DNA of 64,000 nt, from assembly GCA_001782045.1 (NCBI GenBank), contig MFNK01000003.1, positions 26,070-90,069 on the forward strand, written 5' to 3'. The notes beneath the pieces are model-generated. The model was not told where the DNA came from. It did not search any database and was given only the letters and a program-made list of their open reading frames with translations. This document shows positions 1 through 9,286 of the stretch, piece by piece; position 1 is the stretch's first letter, and each line of letters opens with the position of its first letter. The position numbers and the translations under genes were made by a program. Origin of the DNA: Candidatus Levybacteria bacterium RIFCSPHIGHO2_01_FULL_36_15b. Lineage in GTDB: Bacteria > Patescibacteriota > Microgenomatia > Levybacterales > UBA12049.

Positions 1-270
1 TTAATTAGAATTTCTATTCCGCCGCTTTCCGAAGAAAGAAGAAATGAATTAGTTGCTTTGGTACACCAAAAACTTGAAGGCGGAAAAATTCAGATAAGGC
101 AAGTAAGACACGAAGCAATGGAAGAAGTAAAAAAAGCTTTTGCAAACAAAGAAATTTCCGAAGACGATAAAGACAGACTAGAAAAAGAAGTTCAAAGGCT
201 AACTGATGATACGATTTTGCAAATTGATAATTTAGGTAAGCAAAAAGAAGTAGAGCTAATGGCAATATAA
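1..270 (+). CDS. frr: ribosome recycling factor, 5'-truncated at window edge
   Basis: Frame from nt 1 reads LIRISIPPLSEERRNELVALVHQKLEGGKIQIRQVRHEAMEEVKKAF..., a typical RRF C-terminal half. Stop at 268-270 overlaps rseP ATG. Confidence 0.85.
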   Translation, partial: LIRISIPPLSEERRNELVALVHQKLEGGKIQIRQVRHEAMEEVKKAFANKEISEDDKDRLEKEVQRLTDDTILQIDNLGKQKEVELMAI

Positions 271-1391
271 TGATAGTAACAATTTTAGTTTTTTTGGTAA
301 TTCTTTCAATCCTTGTTTTAATCCACGAAGCAGGGCACTTTTTTGTTGCAAGATTTTTCAATATTAAAGTAGAAGAGTTTGGTTTTGGTATTCCGCCAAG
401 GGCATTCGGCAAGAAAATAGGGGAGACACTTTATTCTATTAACTGGCTTCCGATTGGAGGCTTTGTTAAGTTATACGGCGAGGACGAAGCAGGAGCAGGT
501 AAAGTTAGCCTTTCGAGCTCAAAACCAAAACCCGCACCCAAAGATGAAAGTAGGGCTTTTTACAGTAGGCCCGTGTGGCAGAGATTTGCGGTAGTTTTTG
601 CTGGCGTTTTTATGAACTTTGTGCTGGCTGTAGCAATTGTTTCTGTGCTTTTTTCAATTGTCGGAGTTTCAGTTCCGGCAAAACACGTTTTAGTGAGGGA
701 GGTATTGAATGATTCTCCCGCCGAAAAAGCTGGAATTATAGCTGGAGATATAATAGAAAATATAAATGGTGATGAAATTGAAAGTCCGCAAGAAGTTATT
801 TCTTTGACCAAAAAACATCTGGGGGAAGAGATCACTCTACGAATTCAAAACCAAGGTAAAGAACGAATCATAAAAATAACTCCAAGAAAAGTTTATCCCA
901 AAAATCAAGGGCCTTTAGGCGTAGGCATAGAACCTAATTTTGAAACTAAAAAATATCCTATTTGGGAGGCGCCGTTTGTTGGAACAAGAGAAGTTTTAAA
1001 TCAGACCGGTTTAATACTTCAGGGCTTATCAAACACACTTGTGCAGATATTTACACAAGGCAAAATACCAAGCGACGTAGCAGGTCCTGTAGGAATTGCC
1101 CAAATTACCGGAAAAATCGTTTCAATTGGGCCCTCTGCTGTACTTTCTTTTATGGCTTTGCTTTCCCTTAATTTGGCAATAATTAATGTTTTGCCAATTC
1201 CTGCTTTGGATGGGGGAAGACTATTATTTATAGTAATTGAGGGAGTAACGAGAAAGAAAGTTAGTCCAAGAGCAGAAAGTATGGCACATACCATTGGAAT
1301 GGCATTTTTGCTGGGTTTAATTGCCTTAATTACAATTCATGATATATTTCGAGCACTCTCCGGCCAACCTATTCTGCCGCAATTGAAGTAA
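270..1391 (+). CDS. rseP: RIP (site-2) zinc metalloprotease RseP-like with PDZ domain
   Basis: N-terminal HEAGHF (HExxH) in a TM helix, central PDZ-like segment, C-terminal LDGG motif; multi-TM. Confidence 0.85.
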   Translation: MIVTILVFLVILSILVLIHEAGHFFVARFFNIKVEEFGFGIPPRAFGKKIGETLYSINWLPIGGFVKLYGEDEAGAGKVSLSSSKPKPAPKDESRAFYSRPVWQRFAVVFAGVFMNFVLAVAIVSVLFSIVGVSVPAKHVLVREVLNDSPAEKAGIIAGDIIENINGDEIESPQEVISLTKKHLGEEITLRIQNQGKERIIKITPRKVYPKNQGPLGVGIEPNFETKKYPIWEAPFVGTREVLNQTGLILQGLSNTLVQIFTQGKIPSDVAGPVGIAQITGKIVSIGPSAVLSFMALLSLNLAIINVLPIPALDGGRLLFIVIEGVTRKKVSPRAESMAHTIGMAFLLGLIALITIHDIFRALSGQPILPQLK

Positions 1392-2897
1392 TTACTTTTT
1401 AAATCTTACTCTATTTTGAAGTATGCGTCCACACCTTTCTAAAAGTGTATCTACCAATGCAAAATAGTCATGAACACTTCCTTCGTTTATTGATTTTCTT
1501 GCTGCATAAATAGTGGCGGTTTCAGTATTGTATACACGTATTGCATCATCTCCTAATTTTTTAGCCGTTTGGTATAGAGGATGCTCCGCATTTATTTTTA
1601 AGATAAGTTTTCCTTTTTCCTCAACATATTCAGCTCTTTTATCTGTAACTCCCATTGAAACAATTTCGTAATCATCAGCTGATCCCCATCTTTTTGTTTT
1701 TCCTTCCGCAGTCAATTTTGGAGCGGTTTCCCCCTCAGTTGACTTATGAGTTTTTCCGGTTTTGGGGTGATCAGTAATTATTTCTCCCGTTGGTTTCTCT
1801 CTTCCGCTGGCAGAGCCTTTGCCTCTGAAATCAGGTTTTACTATTGCTTGCGTTTCTGCTAATACAGAATCAAGAATTTTTTTTGCTTCTTTGGCCAAAT
1901 CTTGTTCCCATCTTTCAATTTTTGTACTTTCGCTTCTCATAGTTGCGAGCCTTTCAACAATAGGTGTAAGCTTGTTATGTATTGCTCTTGAAGCCATTTC
2001 CCATTGAACGCTGCTTTTATCAAAATCCGATTTATTTGTAGTAACCGGAACAAAATCCAAATCCGCCTCTCCAAAAAGTCTTGAGCTGCTAGACATCTGA
2101 GCCGGGGTGCGGTGACCAAAAAACTCTTCTTCCTCAATTAATCTGCCATTGTAATAGCATCTTATACCCGGCTTTACTTTTTGCCCTTCAGCAAGGATTC
2201 CTGCTCTTAAAACAAGCCAATCGCCAAATCTTGTCTGCAATTTCTCACCAATTGGAGAAATTCCTTCTTCTTCGATGTATTTTATCTCTGCCGGTTCTAC
2301 TTCAATACCATTTACAGATATTTTAATATCACCACTCAATATTAATGGTCTATATGTTTCTGCAAGTTTTGCAATTAAGGCTCTTGCGCTTATATCCTTT
2401 TTTAAATTAGTAATTCTAACTTTAAAATATCCGTCCTCTGAAAAAGCTGTTTTCTCTTCTGGCGTATATTGTTTTAATTCTCCTTGTCTTGTTTCCCAAG
2501 TCGTGTCTGAAACTTTATATTCTGTATTAGAATTTGCTGCAGAGCAGGTAATTTCCATACCTCTTCCTAAAAATCCCATTGCCGCTTTTCCTCCTACTCC
2601 AAATTTTCCAATTTTTCCTTCAGTTTTATCAGAATGTCCCCAGACAAAATAATTATTTAACCCTTCAAAATCCAATCCATAACCGCCTTGATTGATAATT
2701 GAAAGCTCGTCTTTTTGTATTCTAACTCTAACCGATAAAGGTTTCCCTTCAATTCTGTTATCAACAGCGTTGTCAACAAGATCTAGTACCGCAACTTGAG
2801 CATCGCGATAAGTAGACATAAGAGCATCAATAGCCCTTGGGTCTATTCTTTCTTTTATAATTTTCTGTCCTTGGCTTGATCTTCTTTCGAGGCTCAT
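1392..2897 (-). CDS. GHKL/Bergerat-fold ATPase, MORC/HSP90-like (HATPase_c_3-type)
   Basis: Motif I VLDLVDNAVDN (ExxxNxxD-like), motif II IINQGGYGLD, motif III GKFGVGGKAAMGF (GxFGxGxKxA, MORC/HSP90 type). 501 aa; 1-nt gap to upstream gene, so same operon. Confidence 0.6.
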   Translation of the reverse strand: MSLERRSSQGQKIIKERIDPRAIDALMSTYRDAQVAVLDLVDNAVDNRIEGKPLSVRVRIQKDELSIINQGGYGLDFEGLNNYFVWGHSDKTEGKIGKFGVGGKAAMGFLGRGMEITCSAANSNTEYKVSDTTWETRQGELKQYTPEEKTAFSEDGYFKVRITNLKKDISARALIAKLAETYRPLILSGDIKISVNGIEVEPAEIKYIEEEGISPIGEKLQTRFGDWLVLRAGILAEGQKVKPGIRCYYNGRLIEEEEFFGHRTPAQMSSSSRLFGEADLDFVPVTTNKSDFDKSSVQWEMASRAIHNKLTPIVERLATMRSESTKIERWEQDLAKEAKKILDSVLAETQAIVKPDFRGKGSASGREKPTGEIITDHPKTGKTHKSTEGETAPKLTAEGKTKRWGSADDYEIVSMGVTDKRAEYVEEKGKLILKINAEHPLYQTAKKLGDDAIRVYNTETATIYAARKSINEGSVHDYFALVDTLLERCGRILQNRVRFKK

Positions 2898-2898
2898 A

Positions 2899-4752
2899 TT
2901 AATTAAGATTTATCCATGCTGGCACATGTCCTTCAGCGTCTCTTACTATTGCAACAAAAGCTTTCTCGGCGGCATCTAGCTTTCTGTTTACTACCTTTAC
3001 ATATTCAGCAAAATCCGAATCAGCAATTCTTGCTGCATGTCTTTCTACTTTTTCCCAAGTTTTTGTTTCATCTTCTGTCCATTTTTCTCTTAGACTTGGG
3101 ACAAGTGCTTCTTCCCGCATTTTTTTTATTCCTACTGCGAATAAGCTTTTTAAATCTTTCACCTGATAAGGTCTGTATTGTTTTTTTCCATGTCTAAGAG
3201 TTCTTACTCTTGATTCGGTCCTTAGAGGTCTTTGAAGCAAAGCAAAATCTATCTTTTCACTTTTTAAAAGCTGATCAATTACGCATCGAATGACTTTTGT
3301 CTCTTCTTCGCTTCTTATTTCGTCTTCGGATGGAACATATGGAGTTTCTCGCAAGGGTACTCTTGCGGCATCTGCTGTTCTTGTAGATCTTTTCAAAGTT
3401 TCTTCATTAGCGCTTTGCAATGTTTCTCCAACTTCAGTTCTTTCTAAAGTTCTAAATTCGTAGGAAGCAGGAATTGCATTTTTCATGTGAGACTCTTTAA
3501 GAGAAACAGTATTTATTAACTGAGCTCCTTGTTCAGACAGTTGTTTATTTATAGAAAATAGTATAGGAGCTATCCTGTTAATAGCTACTTTAATTTCAAT
3601 ACCTGGGTAGGTGAGTTCAGCTAGCTCTGGTTTTGTTTTGAATCCCTCGAGCATATAGCCAAGTACTTCTATGTTTTTTCCACCTGAAATTTTTATTTGT
3701 CTCCCTAGAATTGTAAAGTCTTTTGTTTCTTTAGGTTTAAGTTCTCTTTTTAGGTGTTTTTCGATAGTTTTGGTTTTAGATTTTTTTTCAGCTAATATTG
3801 CCTCGTCCAGTCTTTCAGGTGGAACTTGTTTTATTGTTATTCCGCTTTTTTTTTCTTGCGAGGCAATTGATTTCAAAACGTATGCTCCGTCTCCACGTTT
3901 GCCTTTGTTAAGGTTAATTATATGCAGTTTTTCAGGTTCTAAAATTTCATTAATTTCTGAAATTGCCGCTTGAACATTTTTTGCTCCAGAATATTCTCTT
4001 AGCTCTTTTCCAGAAGCTTCTCCTTGGCTGAGCTTTTCAAGAATTTTAAATCTTATTTTCGTAAATTTGATTTCTTTACCTGTAAAAAGAATATAAGTTT
4101 CGGTCGGTCTTTTATCTTGTTTTATTGATTCAACTGGTTTTTTTGGATTGATTTTATATACAGATTCTCCTTCTATTACAATTCGACTTATTTCATGTTG
4201 GTTTTCTTTGGCTAATTGTCTGGCTCTTGAAAGCACATGTTTTGTAAACCCATCTCGATTTTCTGGGGTATCTTCACCGAAAGCCCCTTTAGTTAAATAA
4301 GAAATAGTTCTTCTTCTTTTTATCAATTGCTCAATCACTTTAGCGTGTTTGCTTTTGTTAACAGTAGCTTCCATACCGTTTCGAAAATGGAGTGTTAGTT
4401 TTTCTCTATGTTTTTCCGGTTTTGCGGGTGTTTGTTCTTTGACTACTTCATGAAGCTCCGGAACAGATACTTCTATTTGCTGTTGGGTAGGAAGTGGTCC
4501 GGAAATCAACTCTTCGAAATTTATTAGCGAAAGCGTTTGGGTTGCGATTTCTTCAATTCTTCCATTATCCAGTGCAATTTTTGCGTCGTTTCCAATTATT
4601 TTGTTTGCTAAATTAAGTTTTTCAACGCTGGAAGTAGCTTGATGAGCTTTTTCAACCAAAACACTTCTAACTCTTGTTCTTACTTCGACAAAGCTACCAA
4701 GTCTTTTGATGTTTCTTTCCGATTCTTGTATCTGTTGTTTTCTTTCAATCAT
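2899..4752 (-). CDS. hypothetical 617-aa K/E/R-rich protein, partner of the GHKL ATPase
   Basis: Long uninterrupted ORF, first gene of a 2-gene minus-strand operon. No Walker, HExxH, PD-(D/E)xK or other motif recognised by eye. Confidence 0.5.
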   Translation of the reverse strand: MIERKQQIQESERNIKRLGSFVEVRTRVRSVLVEKAHQATSSVEKLNLANKIIGNDAKIALDNGRIEEIATQTLSLINFEELISGPLPTQQQIEVSVPELHEVVKEQTPAKPEKHREKLTLHFRNGMEATVNKSKHAKVIEQLIKRRRTISYLTKGAFGEDTPENRDGFTKHVLSRARQLAKENQHEISRIVIEGESVYKINPKKPVESIKQDKRPTETYILFTGKEIKFTKIRFKILEKLSQGEASGKELREYSGAKNVQAAISEINEILEPEKLHIINLNKGKRGDGAYVLKSIASQEKKSGITIKQVPPERLDEAILAEKKSKTKTIEKHLKRELKPKETKDFTILGRQIKISGGKNIEVLGYMLEGFKTKPELAELTYPGIEIKVAINRIAPILFSINKQLSEQGAQLINTVSLKESHMKNAIPASYEFRTLERTEVGETLQSANEETLKRSTRTADAARVPLRETPYVPSEDEIRSEEETKVIRCVIDQLLKSEKIDFALLQRPLRTESRVRTLRHGKKQYRPYQVKDLKSLFAVGIKKMREEALVPSLREKWTEDETKTWEKVERHAARIADSDFAEYVKVVNRKLDAAEKAFVAIVRDAEGHVPAWINLN

Positions 4753-4845
4753 GGTTTTATTTTAATTAAATTATTGAAATTTTCTTTACATTAAGTTTAT
4801 AAAAACTTAATAAATGGGGCAGCGAGTAGGAATTATATTATAGTC

Positions 4846-4863
4846 AGTTGGCAATTGTCAACT
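4846..4863. promoter_or_regulatory. 18-bp near-perfect palindrome AGTTGGCAATTGTCAACT overlapping a TTGACA -35 on the minus strand, upstream of the GHKL operon
   Basis: Two mismatches to a perfect inverted repeat, centred on CAATTG. Minus-strand reading gives TTGACA...TATAAT/TAATAT-like boxes about 90 nt upstream of the ATG at 4752. Confidence 0.3.
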
Positions 4864-4882
4864 ATAGGGCGTAGTAAAATAC

Positions 4883-6169
4883 TTATTTGAGGATTCGTTG
4901 CAGTGCTACAAGATATGATGCTTCGGGAAGATTTGTATTTTCCCTCTCTGCTGTTTTCCAAACGTTTTCAAAAGCGCTAAACATTAATTTTTCTAATCTT
5001 TTTAAAACATCGTCCTTTTTGTAAGTTTTATTTTTTAAGTTTTGTTCCCATTCAATATAGCTTCCGGCTACTCCGCCCGAATTAGCTAATATATCAGGAG
5101 TTATAAACACGCCCTTTTTAATAAGATAGTGCTTGGCTTTAGGCGTTACAGGACCATTTGCCATCTCAACAATTATTTTTGCTTTAATATTTTGCATATT
5201 GTTTTCTGTAATAACATTCTCAAGAGCTGCAGGAACCAAAATATCAACGGGAAGCTGCAAAAGTTCTTCGTTTGTTATTAGTTGTCCACCTCTTGTATCG
5301 CAAACACCTCCGGCACAGTAGCATCCGTTTAAGCTGCCTTTTTCCATTTTGCACTCATAAACAAGAGGAATATCAAGCGGAATAAAATTTCCCTTCGAAT
5401 CTCTTTTTATAATCCCGCCTTTTGAATCTGACACCGCAACTACTTTAAAGCCAGCCTTGGATGCAAAATCCGCAAAATAGTATCCGACATTTCCAAACCC
5501 CATAATGGCAACAGTCGTATTTTCAGGCTTTAGTTTTAGTTTTTCGGAGAGTTTTTTTAAAATCGCAACTCCGCCAAAGCCGGTTGCTTCGGTTCGGCCG
5601 GAAAGTCCTAATTTTTTCTTTCCCGTAAAAGTTGCATATAACTCATTTTTTGAGATTTGAGATTTATTTTTTAATTTTTGATTTATTTTTACGTATTCAT
5701 CTACCATCCAGTCTATAATTTTAGGATTTGTATTAACATCGGGGGCGGGGATATCTTTTTGGGGACCCAGTATTTCGTAAACCCGTCTTACATATTCGCG
5801 AGATAAGTTTTCCAGTTCTTTTTCGGAAAGTTGTTTTGGATCAACCGCAATTCCGCCTTTTGCTCCACCAAAAGGCACTCCGACTACTGCTGTTTTTAAG
5901 CTCATCCACAACGAAAGCGCCATAACTTCATCTTTATTTACGTTTGGATGAAAACGGAGGCCGCCTTTGTAAGGGCCAAGATTATTGTTGTGCTGGCTTC
6001 GAAATCCTTTAAATGTAATTGTTTCGTCATCAATTTTAATGGGGATTTTGATTTCTAAAATTTTATCGGGTTCTAAAAATTCTTCCAGTTTTTCTTCTGA
6101 GATATTATATTTTTCTCCGACTTCGAAAACTTCCTGCCTTGATTTTTGGTAAATGCTGTTTTCGTTCAT
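4883..6169 (-). CDS. gdhA: NAD(P)-dependent glutamate dehydrogenase
   Basis: GPYKGGLRFHPNVNKDEVMALSLWMSLKTAVVGVPFGGAKGGI signature of Glu/Leu/Phe/Val dehydrogenases; Rossmann GFGNVG. Confidence 0.9.
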   Translation of the reverse strand: MNENSIYQKSRQEVFEVGEKYNISEEKLEEFLEPDKILEIKIPIKIDDETITFKGFRSQHNNNLGPYKGGLRFHPNVNKDEVMALSLWMSLKTAVVGVPFGGAKGGIAVDPKQLSEKELENLSREYVRRVYEILGPQKDIPAPDVNTNPKIIDWMVDEYVKINQKLKNKSQISKNELYATFTGKKKLGLSGRTEATGFGGVAILKKLSEKLKLKPENTTVAIMGFGNVGYYFADFASKAGFKVVAVSDSKGGIIKRDSKGNFIPLDIPLVYECKMEKGSLNGCYCAGGVCDTRGGQLITNEELLQLPVDILVPAALENVITENNMQNIKAKIIVEMANGPVTPKAKHYLIKKGVFITPDILANSGGVAGSYIEWEQNLKNKTYKKDDVLKRLEKLMFSAFENVWKTAERENTNLPEASYLVALQRILK

Positions 6170-6196
6170 TAGTTATACAAAAATAATTTATACTCT

Positions 6197-6595
6197 TTGA
6201 AAATTATTCTGTCAATGGATATAATTACTTTTATGGAAAATGTAACGCTTGATGATTTTAAAAAGGTTGAAATTAAAATTGGTAAAGTAGTACATTGCGA
6301 AAAAGTAGCAGATGCGGATAAGCTTTTAAAGCTGCAAGTTGATTTTGGCGACTTTCAAAGACAAATCATTTCAGCTATCGCCGAGTGGTACAAACCGGAG
6401 GATTTAGAAGGAAAAAAACTTCCTTTTATAGTAAATTTGGAGCCAAGAAACTTTAGGGGAGAAGAATCTCAGGGAATGCTGGTTGCAATGGACACGGAAG
6501 ACCTGCCTCCTGCCAGCGCAGGCTGGGCGCAGCCAGGAAAACCAGTTCTTCTTATCCCCGCCGAAGACGTAAAAGAGGGAACTTTAGTTGTTTAA
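6197..6595 (+). CDS. tRNA-binding domain protein (CsaA/Trbp111/EMAP-like); probable true start at Met13 (6233)
   Basis: DDFKKVEIKIGKVVHCEKVADADKLLKLQVDFGD matches the OB-fold tRNA-binding domain found at the MetRS C-terminus and in CsaA. Confidence 0.7.
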   Translation: MKIILSMDIITFMENVTLDDFKKVEIKIGKVVHCEKVADADKLLKLQVDFGDFQRQIISAIAEWYKPEDLEGKKLPFIVNLEPRNFRGEESQGMLVAMDTEDLPPASAGWAQPGKPVLLIPAEDVKEGTLVV

Positions 6596-6966
6596 AGATT
6601 ATTGTTGACGAAGCAACTTTTATGAAAATGCTGCTCGGCCAAAATACCATTAGTTTTAAGCCAGACATGATATCCTTTTCTTTGTTTATCTACTTTATCT
6701 ATATCTAATGTTTTACTGCACGCGTCGCATGTAAAAGCTTTGAATTCTGTTTTGGATAAATTACTATTTGTTTGGGATCTGAATAGGTTTTCACACGTTT
6801 TACATAAATGAACCTGAAGCTTGTAACCAGCTGTATCGACTAAGTGATGCCATGCCTCATTTATATTTTTTTGACAATTTCCACACCTAAATCCTCGATA
6901 CTCAGGAAGCTCGTTAGGTTGCCATGTCTCAACAATTGCTAAAAGTTTTTGTTGTGTACTGTCCAT
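6592..6966 (-). CDS. hypothetical Cys-rich (zinc-ribbon-like) protein
   Basis: Several CxxC pairs (CGNC, CKTC, CDAC); no other homology recognised. Confidence 0.4.
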   Translation of the reverse strand: MDSTQQKLLAIVETWQPNELPEYRGFRCGNCQKNINEAWHHLVDTAGYKLQVHLCKTCENLFRSQTNSNLSKTEFKAFTCDACSKTLDIDKVDKQRKGYHVWLKTNGILAEQHFHKSCFVNNNL

Positions 6967-7010
6967 TATCCAATTCTAGCAAATTAGAAAAATATGTTAT
7001 ACTCAAAAAA

Positions 7011-8243
7011 ATGAGGTACAGTCAACTTTTTCCAAAAACGCAAAAAGAAGCACCCAGGGGGGCAGAGGCGGAAAATCACAAACTTTTAGTACGAGCGGGT
7101 TTTATAGACCAGCTTATGGCAGGAAGTTTTACTCTTTTACCACTTGGTTTTAGAGTTGTTGAAAAAATAAAACAAATAATCCGCGAAGAATTAAACACAA
7201 CGGGTGCGCAAGAAATGCTAATGCCTTTAATGCATCCTAGAGAAATTTGGAACGAAACAGGAAGATGGGAAAGCGCCAAAGAAGTAATGTATCAGTTTAA
7301 AAAGGATAATAAGGAATTTGCTCTGTCTTTTACACATGAGGAAATAATTGTTGACTTAATAAGAAAGCACAATATAAAACTTTCGGATTTTCCACTTAAG
7401 CTTTACCACTTTTCAACAAAATTTAGGCACGAATTACGAGCCAAAAGCGGAATTTTGCGCGGCAGAGAATTTTTAATGAAGGATTTATACAGCGCTCATC
7501 TAACAGAGGATGATATGTATAAATATTACAACGACGTAACTTCCGCTTATTTAAAAATATTTAAAAGAATTGGACTTGATGTTAAGGTTGTAGAAGCATC
7601 AGGTGGGGTATTTACAGATAAAAACAGCCACGAATTTCAAGTTTTATCAAGCGTTGGAGAAGATACCATTTTTTACTGTGACACTTGTGACTTTGCTCAA
7701 AACGATGAGATAGCAAAAGTTAAAGTAGGAGACAAATGCCCAAACTGCGATGGAAAAATCTTGACTTCAAAAGCAATTGAAGTTGGAAATATTTTTCCGC
7801 TTGGAACAAAATACAGCGAAAAAATGGGAGCTTTATATACAGACGAAAAAGGAAATCAAATGCCAGTCTGGCTTGCAAGCTATGGCATAGGGCCAACTAG
7901 GACCTTAGGAACTTTAGTTGAAGTATACAATGATGAAAAGGGAATAATTTGGCCAAAAAGCGTTTCTCCATTTGAAGTTCATCTGGTTCATATAGAAGAT
8001 CCCTCTACAGAAGAAACAGCAGAAAAAGTTTATAACACGCTTGTTGAGAATAAGGTTGATGTTTTATGGGATGATAGAAAAGACGCAAGCGCAGGAGAAA
8101 AATTTGCAACCGCGGACTTAATTGGAATTCCAATAAGGTTGGTTGTTTCTAAAAGAACAGAAGGTAAAATAGAATTTAAGACAAGAAATTCTGAAAAAGA
8201 AGAACTGCTTAGTTTAGAAGAAGTTTTAGAAAAATTAAAATAA
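7011..8243 (+). CDS. proS: prolyl-tRNA synthetase (compact class II form, with internal Cys4 zinc ribbon)
   Basis: Class II aaRS motifs (FRHELRAKSGILRGREF; GIGPTR); CDTCDF...CPNCDG insert. Start chosen at in-frame ATG 7011 (MRYSQLFPKTQKE); the track ORF starts further upstream at 6924. Confidence 0.85.
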   Translation: MRYSQLFPKTQKEAPRGAEAENHKLLVRAGFIDQLMAGSFTLLPLGFRVVEKIKQIIREELNTTGAQEMLMPLMHPREIWNETGRWESAKEVMYQFKKDNKEFALSFTHEEIIVDLIRKHNIKLSDFPLKLYHFSTKFRHELRAKSGILRGREFLMKDLYSAHLTEDDMYKYYNDVTSAYLKIFKRIGLDVKVVEASGGVFTDKNSHEFQVLSSVGEDTIFYCDTCDFAQNDEIAKVKVGDKCPNCDGKILTSKAIEVGNIFPLGTKYSEKMGALYTDEKGNQMPVWLASYGIGPTRTLGTLVEVYNDEKGIIWPKSVSPFEVHLVHIEDPSTEETAEKVYNTLVENKVDVLWDDRKDASAGEKFATADLIGIPIRLVVSKRTEGKIEFKTRNSEKEELLSLEEVLEKLK

Positions 8244-8651
8244 GCCAAATACTTTAGCCCAAATTATTGCATAAGCCGCAAAAAAGATAGTTCCCCCAAG
8301 CAAGAATACAATAGCCATAAAGCTGTGCCCTTTAGGCTTTTGCATACTTTGCATGTTGCCGTCTGTTTGCGTATAAATTGTAGGAGGAGGTTGTGGTGTT
8401 TGAACAAACGGATTTTGGGTAGGAAGGGGAGAAGGAGTCGGATTTGCGGGTTGGGGCGGTTGCACGGGAATACTTTGAATAGCGGGCTGCTGTTCCTCTG
8501 CCGGTTGAGTTTGCATAACGGGTTGATTTTGTGACTGCTGTGGTTGAGGTTGCGTTGCAGCTGTAGCTTGTGGGTTAAAATTAGTTCCCATAACCCTATC
8601 GTATGCTTCTTTGAGTTTTGGGTCTAAATCATTTACATTTTTTGGATTCAT
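8235..8651 (-). CDS. hypothetical Pro/Gln-rich protein with C-terminal TM anchor
   Basis: Low-complexity QPQPQQSQNQP... region followed by a hydrophobic C-terminus (AIVFLLGGTIFFAAYAIIWAKVFGLF). Confidence 0.4.
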   Translation of the reverse strand: MNPKNVNDLDPKLKEAYDRVMGTNFNPQATAATQPQPQQSQNQPVMQTQPAEEQQPAIQSIPVQPPQPANPTPSPLPTQNPFVQTPQPPPTIYTQTDGNMQSMQKPKGHSFMAIVFLLGGTIFFAAYAIIWAKVFGLF

Positions 8652-8720
8652 GCAATTGTCCTGAGCCCGTCGAAGGGGGCAGTAATTAATTATATCTGTT
8701 TTGGGGGAATATTTGTCAAG

Positions 8721-9203
8721 CTATCTATCTTCAAGCTGCGGATCTAATCCTTTAAAACCATTTTCATCGGTGGCTAGTTTAAAAACTAAAAAGTGAAGAT
8801 GAGGTTCGGTCATCCATCCCGAATTTCCAGTTACAGCTAGTTGCTGACCAGCTTTGACGAAATCTCCCTTTTTTACTTTTATAGATCCCTTGGCAAGATG
8901 AACCATTTGAGAAAATTCATCATTTTGATGGCCAATTGTTATGTAATTTGCGTCGTCTTTGAATTCTTCGGTAGGACCAAATCTGCTATGGCTATCGTCG
9001 GTATCCCTTACTATTCCGTCTAAAGGTGCAATAACCGGCGTACCTAATTTCATGGCATAATCAATTGCTCCTCGAAATGGCCCGACGTGAGCTGGTCCTT
9101 CTGTTTCCACCAAAGTTACGACAGTTTCCCTAGGAAAGGGTTTCTGATATTTGTTTTTGGTCTTTTCCAATGGTGGCAGTTCATTTTCCCTATGTTCTGA
9201 CAT
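8721..9203 (-). CDS. M23 family (LytM-type) metallopeptidase
   Basis: HxxxD ... GNSGWMTEPHLHF motif arrangement typical of peptidase M23. Confidence 0.8.
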   Translation of the reverse strand: MSEHRENELPPLEKTKNKYQKPFPRETVVTLVETEGPAHVGPFRGAIDYAMKLGTPVIAPLDGIVRDTDDSHSRFGPTEEFKDDANYITIGHQNDEFSQMVHLAKGSIKVKKGDFVKAGQQLAVTGNSGWMTEPHLHFLVFKLATDENGFKGLDPQLEDR

Positions 9204-9286
9204 ACGCTAATTATACCAAACCCTTTAATTATCAGCTCAAAAAAGGTATACTTAAAGACCGAACTTGTAGTGAGTTTATCGAATCT

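Noticed and set aside
14-412. Numerous antisense or embedded ORFs in the six-frame track (e.g. 14-412 minus, 560-835, 1019-1294, 2916-3197, 11238-11477, 31095-31496, 34570-34953)
   Set aside because: They lie entirely inside strong, homology-supported genes on the opposite strand or frame, and have low-complexity or hydrophobic translations typical of AT-rich noise.
9170-9286. Track start of the DHH phosphoesterase at 9170, overlapping the divergent M23 peptidase gene
   Set aside because: In-frame ATG at 9287 (MKRIVTHTSPDMD...) removes the overlap and fits the conserved N-terminus of DHH proteins. The upstream extension is likely non-coding promoter region.
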